Assembly: GCA_003140095.1 (NCBI GenBank)
Contig: PLIU01000157.1
Coordinates: 971 to 64,970, forward strand
Direction: 5' to 3'
DNA: 64,000 nucleotides
Source of the DNA: Verrucomicrobiales bacterium
Lineage (GTDB): Bacteria; Verrucomicrobiota; Verrucomicrobiia; Limisphaerales; Palsa-1400
Under the pieces are notes generated by a model that was given only the letters and a program-made list of their open reading frames with translations, was not told the DNA's origin and ran no database searches. Position numbers and translations under genes: made by a program. Shown one piece after another: positions 8,280-17,559 of the stretch. Positions within the stretch are counted from its first letter, which is position 1, and each line of letters begins with the position of its first letter.

Positions 8280-10571
8280 ATGAACACAAGACAAAAAAAT
8301 TCAGCGCCGCCGCCTGCGTCCATTACCTTGCGCGACGTCTATTATGTCCTTTTTCGGCATAAGTGGTTGACTGCCGTTTTGGTCGCCCTCGGCGTGGGAA
8401 GCAGCGTGGCCGTCTTTTGGCTGTGGCCTTTCTCCTATGTCTCCGAAGCCAAACTTTACATTCGCTACATCCAGGAAACCACGGCGCCCGTCGAAGTGTC
8501 AGGCAACGCCAATGTCAAATCTCCGGATGATCGCGGCGCCAATATTTTGAACACGGAACTGGAGATGCTGGCCAGCCTGGACCCGGCCGCGGCCGTCGCC
8601 AGAGATCTCGGACCGGAAAGGATATTGGGTCGGTCGCTGCCGAGCAATGCCGTCAGCGCTTATGAGTCCGCTGCCGGAGCATATATTCTGTCTAATCTCA
8701 AGGCGGAAGTGCCACCCAAAACGGACATGATCGTTTTACGCTACAGCGCGCGCGATCCGGTGCTGGCGCAGCAGATTTTGCATTCCTTAATTGCGGCCTA
8801 CAAGAATTACTACGTAACAAACCACCTGTCCATGGGCTTTGGCGAGAAGTTCTTGCTGGATCAAACCGATGAATCCAAATTCCATCTCGATGAAACTTTG
8901 AAGGAACTGGAAAGAGAGAAGGAGAAATTAGGCATCACCTCGCTGCCGGATTCCAAGAAAAACGTGACGGACATGATGTTCAAGACTGAGGAGAATATCA
9001 ACGAAGCGCGGTGGGAAATGGCGGAAACGGAGGCCATGATCCGTGATCTCCAAGGGCGATTCTCCGCCTCGGTGACCAATGCGTCACAGAACAATGACTC
9101 GACCACCTTCGCCTCCGTCGCGGCGACTAAGCCTGTTACTGCGGAGGTGCTCGCCAAGTATCAAAGCCTAACCGCCATTCTCGCCGCCGCCCGCGCCGAT
9201 GAACAAAAATGGCTCAGTCAGTTAACGCCTAAAAACAAGATGGTGCAGAATGCGCAGCAGCGGGCGGCCGCGGCGGCAGCCGATGTCCTAAAGTTTGAGG
9301 CCGAGAATCCAGGTTTGGTTGCCAGCAAATCGAGCATGCCCGGCAGTGCCTTGGGCCCATTAACAGATCCTCTGGCCGCGCTGCAATTCGCGCAAGGCAA
9401 GCAGAACCAACTGGCGGCCAAATTACGTGAGCTCACCAACCAACTGGCCTTGGTACAGGAAAAAGCCATAAAGTTGGACATTGCCGAAGACGAAATCACC
9501 AAGGATGAGACCGACAAGGAGGTCGCGGAAACCAAATACAAACACCTCAAGGCCAGTCTGGAGCAGTCGGTTATAGACGCAGGCAACAAGGCCTCCAACA
9601 TTATCACAGCCGAACAGCCCACTCCCGGAGCCCGCGATGCCATGAAAATACTCAAGACGACCGCAGGGGTTCTGGGCTTTTTCTTGGCTCTGGCTTTCGG
9701 CCTGCCCTTCTTCATTGAAATGGTTCTGGATCAGACGTTTAAGCAGCCGATGGACGTGAAAGCCAGGATTGACGCGCCTTTCTTCATCACCATCCCCAGA
9801 ATGAATGGCCACCACAAGCTGGCGAGCCTCAAGCAGGCCAAACCTGTGGCGTTGTTGTCTGCCAATGGCACTGCCGCACCGGGCCCTGACACGGAGGATG
9901 GAACGATACCGCCCCCAACCAACGCCCAAGTGGCTTCGTGGGAAGAGCGGCACGAGTTGCGGCCCTTTTTCGAAACCTTGCGCGACCGCCTGATGACTTA
10001 CTTCGAGATGATCAATTTGACCCACAAGCCCAAGCTGGTGGCCGTGACCAGTTGCTGCGAAGGCGCCGGGGTCACAACCACGGCGGCCGGCCTGGCCTCC
10101 GCGCTTTCGGAAATTGGCGATGGCAATGTGTTGCTGGTCAACATGAGTGCTCGCGACGGCGAAGCTCATCATTTCTACAAAGGCAAACTTGCGAACCGAA
10201 TCGAGGACGTCCTCGCGGGACAAAAGCGGGACCATGCTCAGGTCCAAGATCATCTTTACGTCGTCAAAGAAATGGGGCCCGCCGACAGCCTGCCGCGCGT
10301 GTTGCCCAAGCGTTTCAGCCATTTGGTGCCCTTGATGAAGGCCAGCGACTATGATTACATCATTTTTGACATGCCTCCCGTCAACGAGATCAGCATTACT
10401 CCGCGGCTGGCCCGATTCATGGATATGGTCTTGCTGGTCATCGAATCGGAGAAAACCTCGCGCGAAGCAGGGATGCGCGCGGCTTCGCTGCTCGCGGAAT
10501 CCAAGACCAACGTGGGGTTGGTGCTCAACAAGAACCGCTCTTACCTGCCCAAACGGTTACAAAACACCTGA
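8280..10571 (+). CDS. Polysaccharide co-polymerase (Wzz/GumC-type, two TM segments and long coiled-coil) fused to a BY-kinase-like P-loop domain with degenerate Walker A/A'
   Basis: 763 aa. N-terminal TM WLTAVLVALGVGSSVAVFWLW, coiled-coil middle, second TM GVLGFFLALAFGLPFFIEMV. C-terminal KLVAVTSCCEGAGVTTTAAGLA...VLLVNMSARD...YDYIIFDMPP, aligning to the GxGKS/T, DxD and DxPP motifs of BY-kinases. Confidence 0.8.
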   Translation: MNTRQKNSAPPPASITLRDVYYVLFRHKWLTAVLVALGVGSSVAVFWLWPFSYVSEAKLYIRYIQETTAPVEVSGNANVKSPDDRGANILNTELEMLASLDPAAAVARDLGPERILGRSLPSNAVSAYESAAGAYILSNLKAEVPPKTDMIVLRYSARDPVLAQQILHSLIAAYKNYYVTNHLSMGFGEKFLLDQTDESKFHLDETLKELEREKEKLGITSLPDSKKNVTDMMFKTEENINEARWEMAETEAMIRDLQGRFSASVTNASQNNDSTTFASVAATKPVTAEVLAKYQSLTAILAAARADEQKWLSQLTPKNKMVQNAQQRAAAAAADVLKFEAENPGLVASKSSMPGSALGPLTDPLAALQFAQGKQNQLAAKLRELTNQLALVQEKAIKLDIAEDEITKDETDKEVAETKYKHLKASLEQSVIDAGNKASNIITAEQPTPGARDAMKILKTTAGVLGFFLALAFGLPFFIEMVLDQTFKQPMDVKARIDAPFFITIPRMNGHHKLASLKQAKPVALLSANGTAAPGPDTEDGTIPPPTNAQVASWEERHELRPFFETLRDRLMTYFEMINLTHKPKLVAVTSCCEGAGVTTTAAGLASALSEIGDGNVLLVNMSARDGEAHHFYKGKLANRIEDVLAGQKRDHAQVQDHLYVVKEMGPADSLPRVLPKRFSHLVPLMKASDYDYIIFDMPPVNEISITPRLARFMDMVLLVIESEKTSREAGMRAASLLAESKTNVGLVLNKNRSYLPKRLQNT

Positions 10572-10669
10572 GTTTTGCTTCTACCGTCCTCTTTCAACTG
10601 TGCTGCGCTCTATCCGGCGGCCCAGGCTGACCCAGCAGTCCTTCCACCACCGCGTTGACGTGTCCTAGC

Positions 10670-10844
10670 ATGAAGATTGTCACGGTCGTCCACACCCCTC
10701 CTCGGTTCATCCAAGCTTCTTTTTTTGACCCATTCCGCCCGATCGGTACTGACCGATTCGGGCGGTTTGCAACAAGAGGGCTACGGGCTGGGCGTCCCGC
10801 GCATCACTTTGCGCCAGGAAACGGAATTCTTTGAGTGCATCCAA
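10670..10844 (+). pseudogene. Relic of a UDP-N-acetylglucosamine(-uronate) 2-epimerase (WecB/WbpI/WlbD family) with most of the gene deleted
   Basis: ATG 10670 reads MKIVTVVHTPPRFIQAS (compare the family N-terminus MKIxTVVGARPQFIKAA). It then runs out of frame to a stop at 10832. A different frame reads ...LLFLTHSARSVLTDSGGLQQEGYGLGVPRITLRQETEFFE (family motif TDSGGxQxE...P.ITLRdETEw.E). That frame runs without a stop into the next gene's ATG. Confidence 0.6.
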
Positions 10845-11987
10845 ATGGAATTCATCGATTGCAAAGAACAGTACCGGCGCTACAAAACGGAAATTGACGA
10901 TCGGATGCGGGCCGTCCTGGCCCATGGTCAATACGTCATGGGGCCAGAAGTTTTGGAGTTGGAGCAGGCGCTGGCACAATACGTCGGGGTCAAACATTGC
11001 ATCACCGGCTCCAGCGGCACGCACACGCTTGAGATCGCGTTGCGCGCCCTCGGCATCGGACCGGGGGACGAAGTGATCACCGTTCCGTTTACTTGGATCA
11101 GCACTGCCGAGGTCATTGCCTTGGTGGGAGCGCGGCCGGTCTTTGTAGATATTGATCCGGCCACCTACAATATGGATGTGGACCTTCTGCCGGCGGCCAT
11201 CAATTCACGCACCAAGGCGATTTTGCCCGTCAGCTTGTTCGGCCAAATGCCCGATTACGACCGGATTAACGCCTTGGCGGCGCAACACGGATTGCCGGTG
11301 TTGGAAGACGCCGCCCAAAGCTTTGGCGCCGAACAACGCGGACGTAAAAGCGGAGGCGTGACGACCATTGGCAGCACCAGTTTTTTTCCGGCCAAGCCAT
11401 TAGGATGCTTCGGGGAGGGCGGGGCGCTATTCTCCGACCATGACCAACTGGCCGAGCGAATGAGGGCCATACGCACTCATGGCGGCCTCACACGCCATTA
11501 TCATCCTTGGTTGGGCACCAACGGGCGGTTTGACACGATTCAAGCGGCCGTGCTGCTGGCCAAGCTGCCGCATTTTGATTGGGAAGTCCAAGAACGCGGC
11601 AGGATCGGCGCACGTTATTCGGCCGCTTTGCAGTACTTCTGCACCGTGCCGGAGGTGGCTCCGGGCAACACGCACGTCTATGCACAATACACCATCCGCC
11701 CGCCGGAGCGCGACCAAGTGGCGGAGCGGCTCAAGGGGCTGGGAATTCCTACCGCGGTCCATTATCCCAAATGCCTGCATGAGCAACCGGTGTTTTCCAA
11801 GCTCGGTTATAGTTGGGGCGACTTTCCGGAGTCGGAAAAGGCGTCACGCGAGGTACTCAGCCTTCCCATGCACCCATTCCTGGCGCCAGACCAGCAGGAC
11901 AGAATCATCCACGCTCTCCAGAACTGCCCATCGCGCCTTCCGCACCAACCGCCTGCGCTGTCCGCACTCGGCGCCAACAGCCCATGA
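10845..11987 (+). CDS. DegT-family PLP-dependent sugar aminotransferase (WbpE-like)
   Basis: From ATG 10845: MEFIDCKEQYRRYKTEIDDRMRAVLAHGQYVMGPEVLELEQALAQYVGVKHCITGSSGTHTLEIALRALGIGPGDEVITVPFTW...TSFFPAKPLGCFGEGGA...VYAQYTIR...PTAVHYP. The upstream 56 codons of ORF 10677.. belong to the epimerase relic. Confidence 0.85.
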   Translation: MEFIDCKEQYRRYKTEIDDRMRAVLAHGQYVMGPEVLELEQALAQYVGVKHCITGSSGTHTLEIALRALGIGPGDEVITVPFTWISTAEVIALVGARPVFVDIDPATYNMDVDLLPAAINSRTKAILPVSLFGQMPDYDRINALAAQHGLPVLEDAAQSFGAEQRGRKSGGVTTIGSTSFFPAKPLGCFGEGGALFSDHDQLAERMRAIRTHGGLTRHYHPWLGTNGRFDTIQAAVLLAKLPHFDWEVQERGRIGARYSAALQYFCTVPEVAPGNTHVYAQYTIRPPERDQVAERLKGLGIPTAVHYPKCLHEQPVFSKLGYSWGDFPESEKASREVLSLPMHPFLAPDQQDRIIHALQNCPSRLPHQPPALSALGANSP

Positions 11988-14179
11988 TTGCCAACAAGAT
12001 ATATTACCTGATCAAACCGATGGTGCCGCTTTACTTTCGGCGCGCCGTCCGGCGTTGGTTCGCCTTGCGCAAACGCGAGAAGATCGGCCATGTCTGGCCG
12101 ATCCTGCCGGGCTCGGAGCGTAAGCCACCCGGCTGGCGCGGCTGGCCGGACGGGAAGAAATTTGCGTTCGTCTTGACTCATGATGTCGAGGGGCAGTCTG
12201 GCTTGGACCAGTGCCGCCAGTTGATGGAACTGGAGATGAAAATGGGGTTTCGTTCTTCTTTCAATTTGATTCCCGAAGGCGACTATCGCGTCCCGAAGGC
12301 CTTGCGGGACGACTTGACGGGAAACGGCTTCGAGGTTGGCGTCCATGATCTGCGGCACGATGGCAAGTTGTACTGCGGGCGGCGAGGATTTGCCGCCAAC
12401 GCGGCCCGGATCAACCTCTATCTCAAGGAATGGAGGGCGGTCGGGTTTCGCGCGGGATTCATGATTCACAACCTGGAGTGGTTGCACGATTTGGGCATCG
12501 AATATGATGCCTCCACCTTCGACACCGACCCGTTCGAGCCGCAGCCGGAGGGGGTCGCAACCATTTTTCCCTTCTGGAAAGAAGGCGCCCACGGTCGCGG
12601 CTACGTCGAACTGCCTTACACGTTGCCGCAAGACTCCACGCTCTTTCTCCTCTTTGGCGAACCGAATCCGGATATCTGGCTGCGCAAGCTCGACTGGGTT
12701 GCCGGCCACGGTGGCATGGTCCTGGTCAACGTCCATCCGGATTACCTGCAGTTCGAAGGCGCGGCGGCGAGCATGAGGACGTTCCCGGCAGATTTTTACG
12801 CCCGCCTGCTGCAATATGTCCGTGAAAAGCACGGCCATTCGGTTTGGCATGTACTGCCCAAAGAACTGGCGGCGTGGTACGCCAAAACTCATGTTGTCAA
12901 GCAGCGCCTGTCTCGCTCACTTGTTTTGCCAGCGAGTTCACCGCGCGGGGCTGATCCAAAACCGTCTCTCCCTCCGGGGCGGGTCGCCGTGGTGCTGTAT
13001 GCTGCTTACCTGTCTGACCCGCGTCCGCGGCGGGCGACGGAATCCTTCGCTGAGGCGGGAATGGAGGCGGACGTAATTTGCCTGCGCCAAGAAGACATCA
13101 GCGAGCCGGCCTTTGAAAGGGTCAGCGGCGTGAACATTCATCGTGTTTCCATGACGCATCATCGCGGCGGCCACCTCGGATACGTCCTTCGATACGGCTA
13201 TTTCTTTCTGTGTACTTTTTGGCGGCTGACGATTTGGAGTCTTCGCGGCGATCTCAAGTTGGTGCATGTTCACAACATGCCTGACTTCCTGGTGTTCACG
13301 GCCCTGGTTCCCCGCTTGCTAGGAGCGAAAATCATCCTGGACCTGCACGATCCCATGCCGGAGTTGTACCGCGGCCTCTACGCCGTGCGGGAGAAGCATT
13401 TCATTTACCGCGTGCTCTGCCGCCTCGAACGCTGGAGCATTGCTTTTTCGGACAAAGTCCTCACGCCCAACATCTCCTTCAAAGACCTTTTTGCCTTGCG
13501 CAACGGGGCAGCGGACAAAATGGAAATTGTCATGAACTCGCCGCTGCCGGACATTTTCGACGCGGCAAAATACAAGACTCCCGCCCGCGCGCCCGGCAGA
13601 ACTTTTACGCTCATGTACCACGGCTTGCTGGTTGAGCGCCACGGTTTGGATTTGGCCATCGACGCCATGTCGAGGCTCAACGGAGAAGCTCCGGGCCTGA
13701 AGTTGGAGATTTACGGTGAACGGACCGAGTATGTCGATCGGATTGTGCGCCAGGTTAACGAACTGAAAATCGGCGAAGTCGTCCATTATCATGGCTTCAA
13801 AACACAAGTCGAGATCGCGCAGGCCATTGTCAGCATCGACCTGGGTGTCATTCCCAACCGGCTTAATGATTTTACCAACATCAACTTTCCGACCCGCATA
13901 TTCGAGTACCTGGCCATGAACAAGCCCGTCATGGTGCCGCGCACCAAAGGCGTCATCGATTATTTTGGCGAAGACGAAATCTTGTTCTTTCAGCCGGGAG
14001 ATGTGGACGACTTGGCCGGAAAGATAGCCTGGGCCTACAGTCATCCCTCCGAACTGCAGTCCATCATGGAACGGGGCCGCGAGGTCTATCTCCGACACTC
14101 GTGGGCCGCGCAGGAAAGGTGCCTGCTCGGCGTGGCGGACAGTCTGCTTCATCCGGCCGCACAACTGAATGGCGCGTGA
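11984..14179 (+). CDS. Two-domain protein: N-terminal polysaccharide-deacetylase-like domain fused to a C-terminal GT4 glycosyltransferase
   Basis: The start is set at ATG 11984 (MIANKIYYLIKP...), forming an ATGA overlap with the previous stop. N-terminal half: KKFAFVLTHDVEGQSG...GFEVGVHDLRHDG...ASTFDTDPFEP. C-terminal half: RVAVVLYAAY...VHVHNMPDFLVF...IILDLHDPMPELY...LMYHGLLVERHGLD...FPTRIFEYLAMNKPVMVPRT (GT4 E-x7-E region). Confidence 0.75.
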   Translation: MIANKIYYLIKPMVPLYFRRAVRRWFALRKREKIGHVWPILPGSERKPPGWRGWPDGKKFAFVLTHDVEGQSGLDQCRQLMELEMKMGFRSSFNLIPEGDYRVPKALRDDLTGNGFEVGVHDLRHDGKLYCGRRGFAANAARINLYLKEWRAVGFRAGFMIHNLEWLHDLGIEYDASTFDTDPFEPQPEGVATIFPFWKEGAHGRGYVELPYTLPQDSTLFLLFGEPNPDIWLRKLDWVAGHGGMVLVNVHPDYLQFEGAAASMRTFPADFYARLLQYVREKHGHSVWHVLPKELAAWYAKTHVVKQRLSRSLVLPASSPRGADPKPSLPPGRVAVVLYAAYLSDPRPRRATESFAEAGMEADVICLRQEDISEPAFERVSGVNIHRVSMTHHRGGHLGYVLRYGYFFLCTFWRLTIWSLRGDLKLVHVHNMPDFLVFTALVPRLLGAKIILDLHDPMPELYRGLYAVREKHFIYRVLCRLERWSIAFSDKVLTPNISFKDLFALRNGAADKMEIVMNSPLPDIFDAAKYKTPARAPGRTFTLMYHGLLVERHGLDLAIDAMSRLNGEAPGLKLEIYGERTEYVDRIVRQVNELKIGEVVHYHGFKTQVEIAQAIVSIDLGVIPNRLNDFTNINFPTRIFEYLAMNKPVMVPRTKGVIDYFGEDEILFFQPGDVDDLAGKIAWAYSHPSELQSIMERGREVYLRHSWAAQERCLLGVADSLLHPAAQLNGA

Positions 14180-14240
14180 GAACAACATGGCGCCATTTTG
14201 GTATGCTGACACTATCGTAGTCTGAATTTAATGCCATGGA

Positions 14241-15500
14241 ATGCCATCTCCCACTCTTGAGAACAATGATCCTATTATGACGATGATAGAGCCCCAAAAT
14301 GACAGCGCCGCCAAAGTGCTGCCTGTCATCACGAACAGTTTGGACAAAGTGGAGGCTTGGGTCGAAGACCACAACTACAAAGGCTATGAACCCTTCGATG
14401 GCCTTTCCTCCTGGTTTCGTCCGCTAACCTTGGGCAATCTTCTGGCGGAACGGTTGCTCCAGCAATTGATCCGACAGTCACCCATTAATTTGCGTCCTCT
14501 GATGGGCGTGAGCAAAAAGGAATCGACCAAAGGCCGGGGCTACATGGCGGCGGGCTACTTGCTGCGCTATCGCACCACGGGCGCGCAACCGTTTCTGGAC
14601 AAGGCAGTCGCTTGCCTGGATTGGCTCGACAAGAACAAGGCGCCCAAGTTCCAGGACCACAGTTGGAGCAATTATTTCGATTTTTCCAGCCGCGGCGGCA
14701 GATATACGCGGCACGATCCGATTATCGTCTGGACCAGTCTCATCGGCCATGCTTATTTGGACGCCTTTGAAGTGACAGGTGAGAACCGATGGTTGCAAAT
14801 CGCCGACAGTGCCTGCCGTTGGATCGTCCATCTGCCGCGCGAGAAGACCGATTCCGGTCATTGCCTGAGCTACCTGTCCTTTACTGCGGAATCGATCCAC
14901 AACGCCAACATGCTGGGCGCGGGCCAGCAGGCCCGCGCGGCCAAACACACGGGCAACGCTGAATATCTGAGCGTCGCACGTTCCGCCATGCTTTACAGTT
15001 GCTCCCGGCAGTTGCCCAACGGCGCCTGGTGGTACGCCGAGCAACCTAAGTATCAGTGGGTCGATAACTTTCATACCGGCTACAACCTCGACAGTCTCAA
15101 GCATTTCATCGACGCGACCGGCGATGAGACCTGGCGCAAGAACCTGCAGGATGGGCTGCGATTCTACAAGGCCAATTTTTTTGAAGACAACGGTTGCCCC
15201 AAGTACTATCATAATCGTTGCTATCCCATAGATATTCAGTGCGCCGGCCAGTCGTTGGAGACGCTAGCCCTGTTTTCGGAGGTGGACCCGCCGTCTCTGG
15301 ATCTGGCGGTCAAAGCCGCCCTCTGGATTATTGAGAACATGCAGGACCAAGACGGTCATTTTTATTATCGTATCTACCCGCTGCTCAAGGCCAAAACCGC
15401 CATGATGCACTGGGGGCAGGGGACGATGTATAAGGGCTTGGCGCAACTGGCCAGCAAACTCCAGCGGGCCTCCTCCGGGCCATCGCTGAACTTGGGATAA
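14241..15500 (+). CDS. Conserved hypothetical, probably an (alpha/alpha)6-toroid polysaccharide-modifying enzyme (function unknown)
   Basis: 419 aa. ...NYKGYEPFDGLSS..., repeated W/Y-rich helical hairpin pattern (GHAYLDAFEVTGENRWLQIA, NGAWWYAE, QDQDGHFYYR). The coding call is solid. The function is a guess from locus context. Confidence 0.5.
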   Translation: MPSPTLENNDPIMTMIEPQNDSAAKVLPVITNSLDKVEAWVEDHNYKGYEPFDGLSSWFRPLTLGNLLAERLLQQLIRQSPINLRPLMGVSKKESTKGRGYMAAGYLLRYRTTGAQPFLDKAVACLDWLDKNKAPKFQDHSWSNYFDFSSRGGRYTRHDPIIVWTSLIGHAYLDAFEVTGENRWLQIADSACRWIVHLPREKTDSGHCLSYLSFTAESIHNANMLGAGQQARAAKHTGNAEYLSVARSAMLYSCSRQLPNGAWWYAEQPKYQWVDNFHTGYNLDSLKHFIDATGDETWRKNLQDGLRFYKANFFEDNGCPKYYHNRCYPIDIQCAGQSLETLALFSEVDPPSLDLAVKAALWIIENMQDQDGHFYYRIYPLLKAKTAMMHWGQGTMYKGLAQLASKLQRASSGPSLNLG

Positions 15501-15528
15501 CCCAAGGCCGAAGGAAATCTCCCGCCCC

Positions 15529-16455
15529 ATGCCGAGCCACCTGCCTAAATACGTGCTGATTACAGCCGCCCGCAACGAGGAAGCCTTCATCGAGAATACA
15601 ATCCATTCAGTCATAGCTCAAACAGCCCTCCCGGCCAGGTGGATGATAGTGAGTGACGGTTCAACTGACCAAACAGACAACATCGTCAAAAGGTACGCGG
15701 CGCAATATGACTGGATTCAACTGCTGCGCATGCCCGAGCACTGCGATTATCAATTCGCGGCCAAGGTGCATTGCATCCGCGCTGCCTGGGAAATGTTGCA
15801 CCCGCTTGCATTCGATGTCATTGGCAATCTTGATGCCGACATCACTTTTGAGCCCGATTACATGGCGTTTCTTCTGGATAAGCTGGTCTGCGACCTTCGC
15901 CTGGGCGTTGTAGGAACGAGGTTTGTGGAGAATTCCCGGCAAGTGTACGATTACAAATTCATGAATGAAGAGCATGTTTCCGGCGGCTTTCAGATCTTTC
16001 GCCGGGCTTGCTTTGAGGAGATCGGCGGTTATCTCCCGATGCGAAGCGGCGGAGAAGATTGGGCCGCGGTGACATCCGCGCGCATGAAGGGGTGGCGCAC
16101 GCGAAGCTACACAGAAAAGCTTTTCCTGCATCATCGGCCCATGGGTAGCAACGGCCAGCCAGGGTGGAGCATTCAGTTGCGTCAAGGTGAACGAGATTAT
16201 TTAACGGGCGGCCATCCCCTCTGGCAGTTGTCTAGGTCTGCCTACCAGGTTTCCAGAAAGCCATATATCATGGGCGGCCTGTGTCTCCTGCTTGGCTTTG
16301 CCTGGGCCTGTCTGCGCCGGGTTGAAAGGCCGGTGCCGAAGGACTTGATGCTCTTCCATCGCGCGGAACAGATGGCTCGGTTGCGCAAGCTCCTGCCGCT
16401 TGGGTCAAAGCGCGCCCAACCGGCATTGCCGCAGCGCGGCACATCCCTCCGATGA
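15529..16455 (+). CDS. GT2-family glycosyltransferase
   Basis: YVLITAARNEEAFIENTIHSVIAQT...MIVSDGSTDQTDNIVKRY, DAD motif (GNLDADITF). Confidence 0.85.
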   Translation: MPSHLPKYVLITAARNEEAFIENTIHSVIAQTALPARWMIVSDGSTDQTDNIVKRYAAQYDWIQLLRMPEHCDYQFAAKVHCIRAAWEMLHPLAFDVIGNLDADITFEPDYMAFLLDKLVCDLRLGVVGTRFVENSRQVYDYKFMNEEHVSGGFQIFRRACFEEIGGYLPMRSGGEDWAAVTSARMKGWRTRSYTEKLFLHHRPMGSNGQPGWSIQLRQGERDYLTGGHPLWQLSRSAYQVSRKPYIMGGLCLLLGFAWACLRRVERPVPKDLMLFHRAEQMARLRKLLPLGSKRAQPALPQRGTSLR

Positions 16456-16521
16456 GGTTGTCCTAGCTTTGAAAAGTTTTTCCAAACTGTGAGAACGGAG
16501 GAAGCAAGCGCCGCTGCAACG

Positions 16522-17559
16522 ATGGCCGCCGGTGAATGGGCGTTGGTCACTGGCGCCGGCGGTTTCATTGGAGTCAGGGTCGTGGAGTCGCTGCTCAAGC
16601 GCGGGTGGAGAAACATCCGCTGCTTTGTCAGACCGTCCAGCGACGTGGCCCCGCTGAAGCTCCTGCTTGAGCAATATCCCGCTTCCCATGTTCAAATTCT
16701 CTCCGGCAACTTGCTCTCGCGCGATGATTGCGCCGCCGCGGCCAAGGACGCCAGGATTGTTTTTCATCTTGTCACCGGACGGGGCAAGTCTTTTCCCGGG
16801 TGTTTTCAGAATTCCGTGGTCACAACCCGGAATTTGTTGGATGCCTTAGTCACGGAGCGCGCCCTGGTCCGGTTGGTTAACGTCAGCTCCTTCGCCGTGC
16901 ATTCCAATATGAACCTCAAACGAGGCGGGGTGCTGGACGAGAGCTGTGAAATTGAACCTAATCTGGAAGAGAGATACGATGCGTATGTTTATGCCAAGCT
17001 CAAGCAAGACGAACTGGTCATGGAATACCACCGACAACACGGTCTGCCTTACGTCACCGTTCGGCCCGCCATTGTGTTCGGCCGTGGCAAAAAGGCACTT
17101 CCCGGCGCGGTGGGCATCGATACCTTTGGTTTTTTTCTCCACCTCGGCGGCGGCAATCAGCTCCCTTTGACTTATGTTGACAATTGCGCCGACGCCATTG
17201 TGCTGGCGGGTCTGGTCAAAGGAGTCGAAGGCCAGATCTTCAATGTCGTTGACGATGATCTCCCCACCAGCCGCTACTTCCTTCGACACTATAAGCAGGA
17301 GGTGCGGAACTTCCGATCTATCGCTGTCCCCTATTCGCTGTTCTATTTCTTCTGCTATTTATGGGAGCGATATGCCAGAACTTCACAAGGGCAACTTCCT
17401 CCGGTGTTTAACCGGCGTTATTGCGCCTTCATGTGGAAACGCCATCGGTTCTCGAATCAAAAGCTCAAGGAAAAACTGGGTTGGAAACCCGCCATTCCCA
17501 TGAGCGATGCGCTCCAACGCTATTATGCCTACCAGAGGAACGGCAGCAGCCACGCATGA
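16522..17559 (+). CDS. NAD-dependent epimerase/dehydratase (extended SDR)
   Basis: WALVTGAGGFIGVRVVESLLKRGW Rossmann motif. YAKLKQDE (YxxxK). The ORF track begins at GTG 16489. ATG 16522 places the Rossmann motif at the usual distance from the N-terminus. Confidence 0.8.
   Translation: MAAGEWALVTGAGGFIGVRVVESLLKRGWRNIRCFVRPSSDVAPLKLLLEQYPASHVQILSGNLLSRDDCAAAAKDARIVFHLVTGRGKSFPGCFQNSVVTTRNLLDALVTERALVRLVNVSSFAVHSNMNLKRGGVLDESCEIEPNLEERYDAYVYAKLKQDELVMEYHRQHGLPYVTVRPAIVFGRGKKALPGAVGIDTFGFFLHLGGGNQLPLTYVDNCADAIVLAGLVKGVEGQIFNVVDDDLPTSRYFLRHYKQEVRNFRSIAVPYSLFYFFCYLWERYARTSQGQLPPVFNRRYCAFMWKRHRFSNQKLKEKLGWKPAIPMSDALQRYYAYQRNGSSHA

Noticed and set aside
11813-11983. N-terminal extensions of track ORFs that overlap the preceding gene (also 17421-17555, 19671-19775, 24294-24452, 25423-25527, 28610-29068, 29940-30068, 31620-31694, 33724-33813, 38038-38190).
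   Set aside because: The extension lies inside the upstream gene in another frame. An internal ATG, often in an ATGA overlap, gives a family-typical N-terminus or signal peptide.
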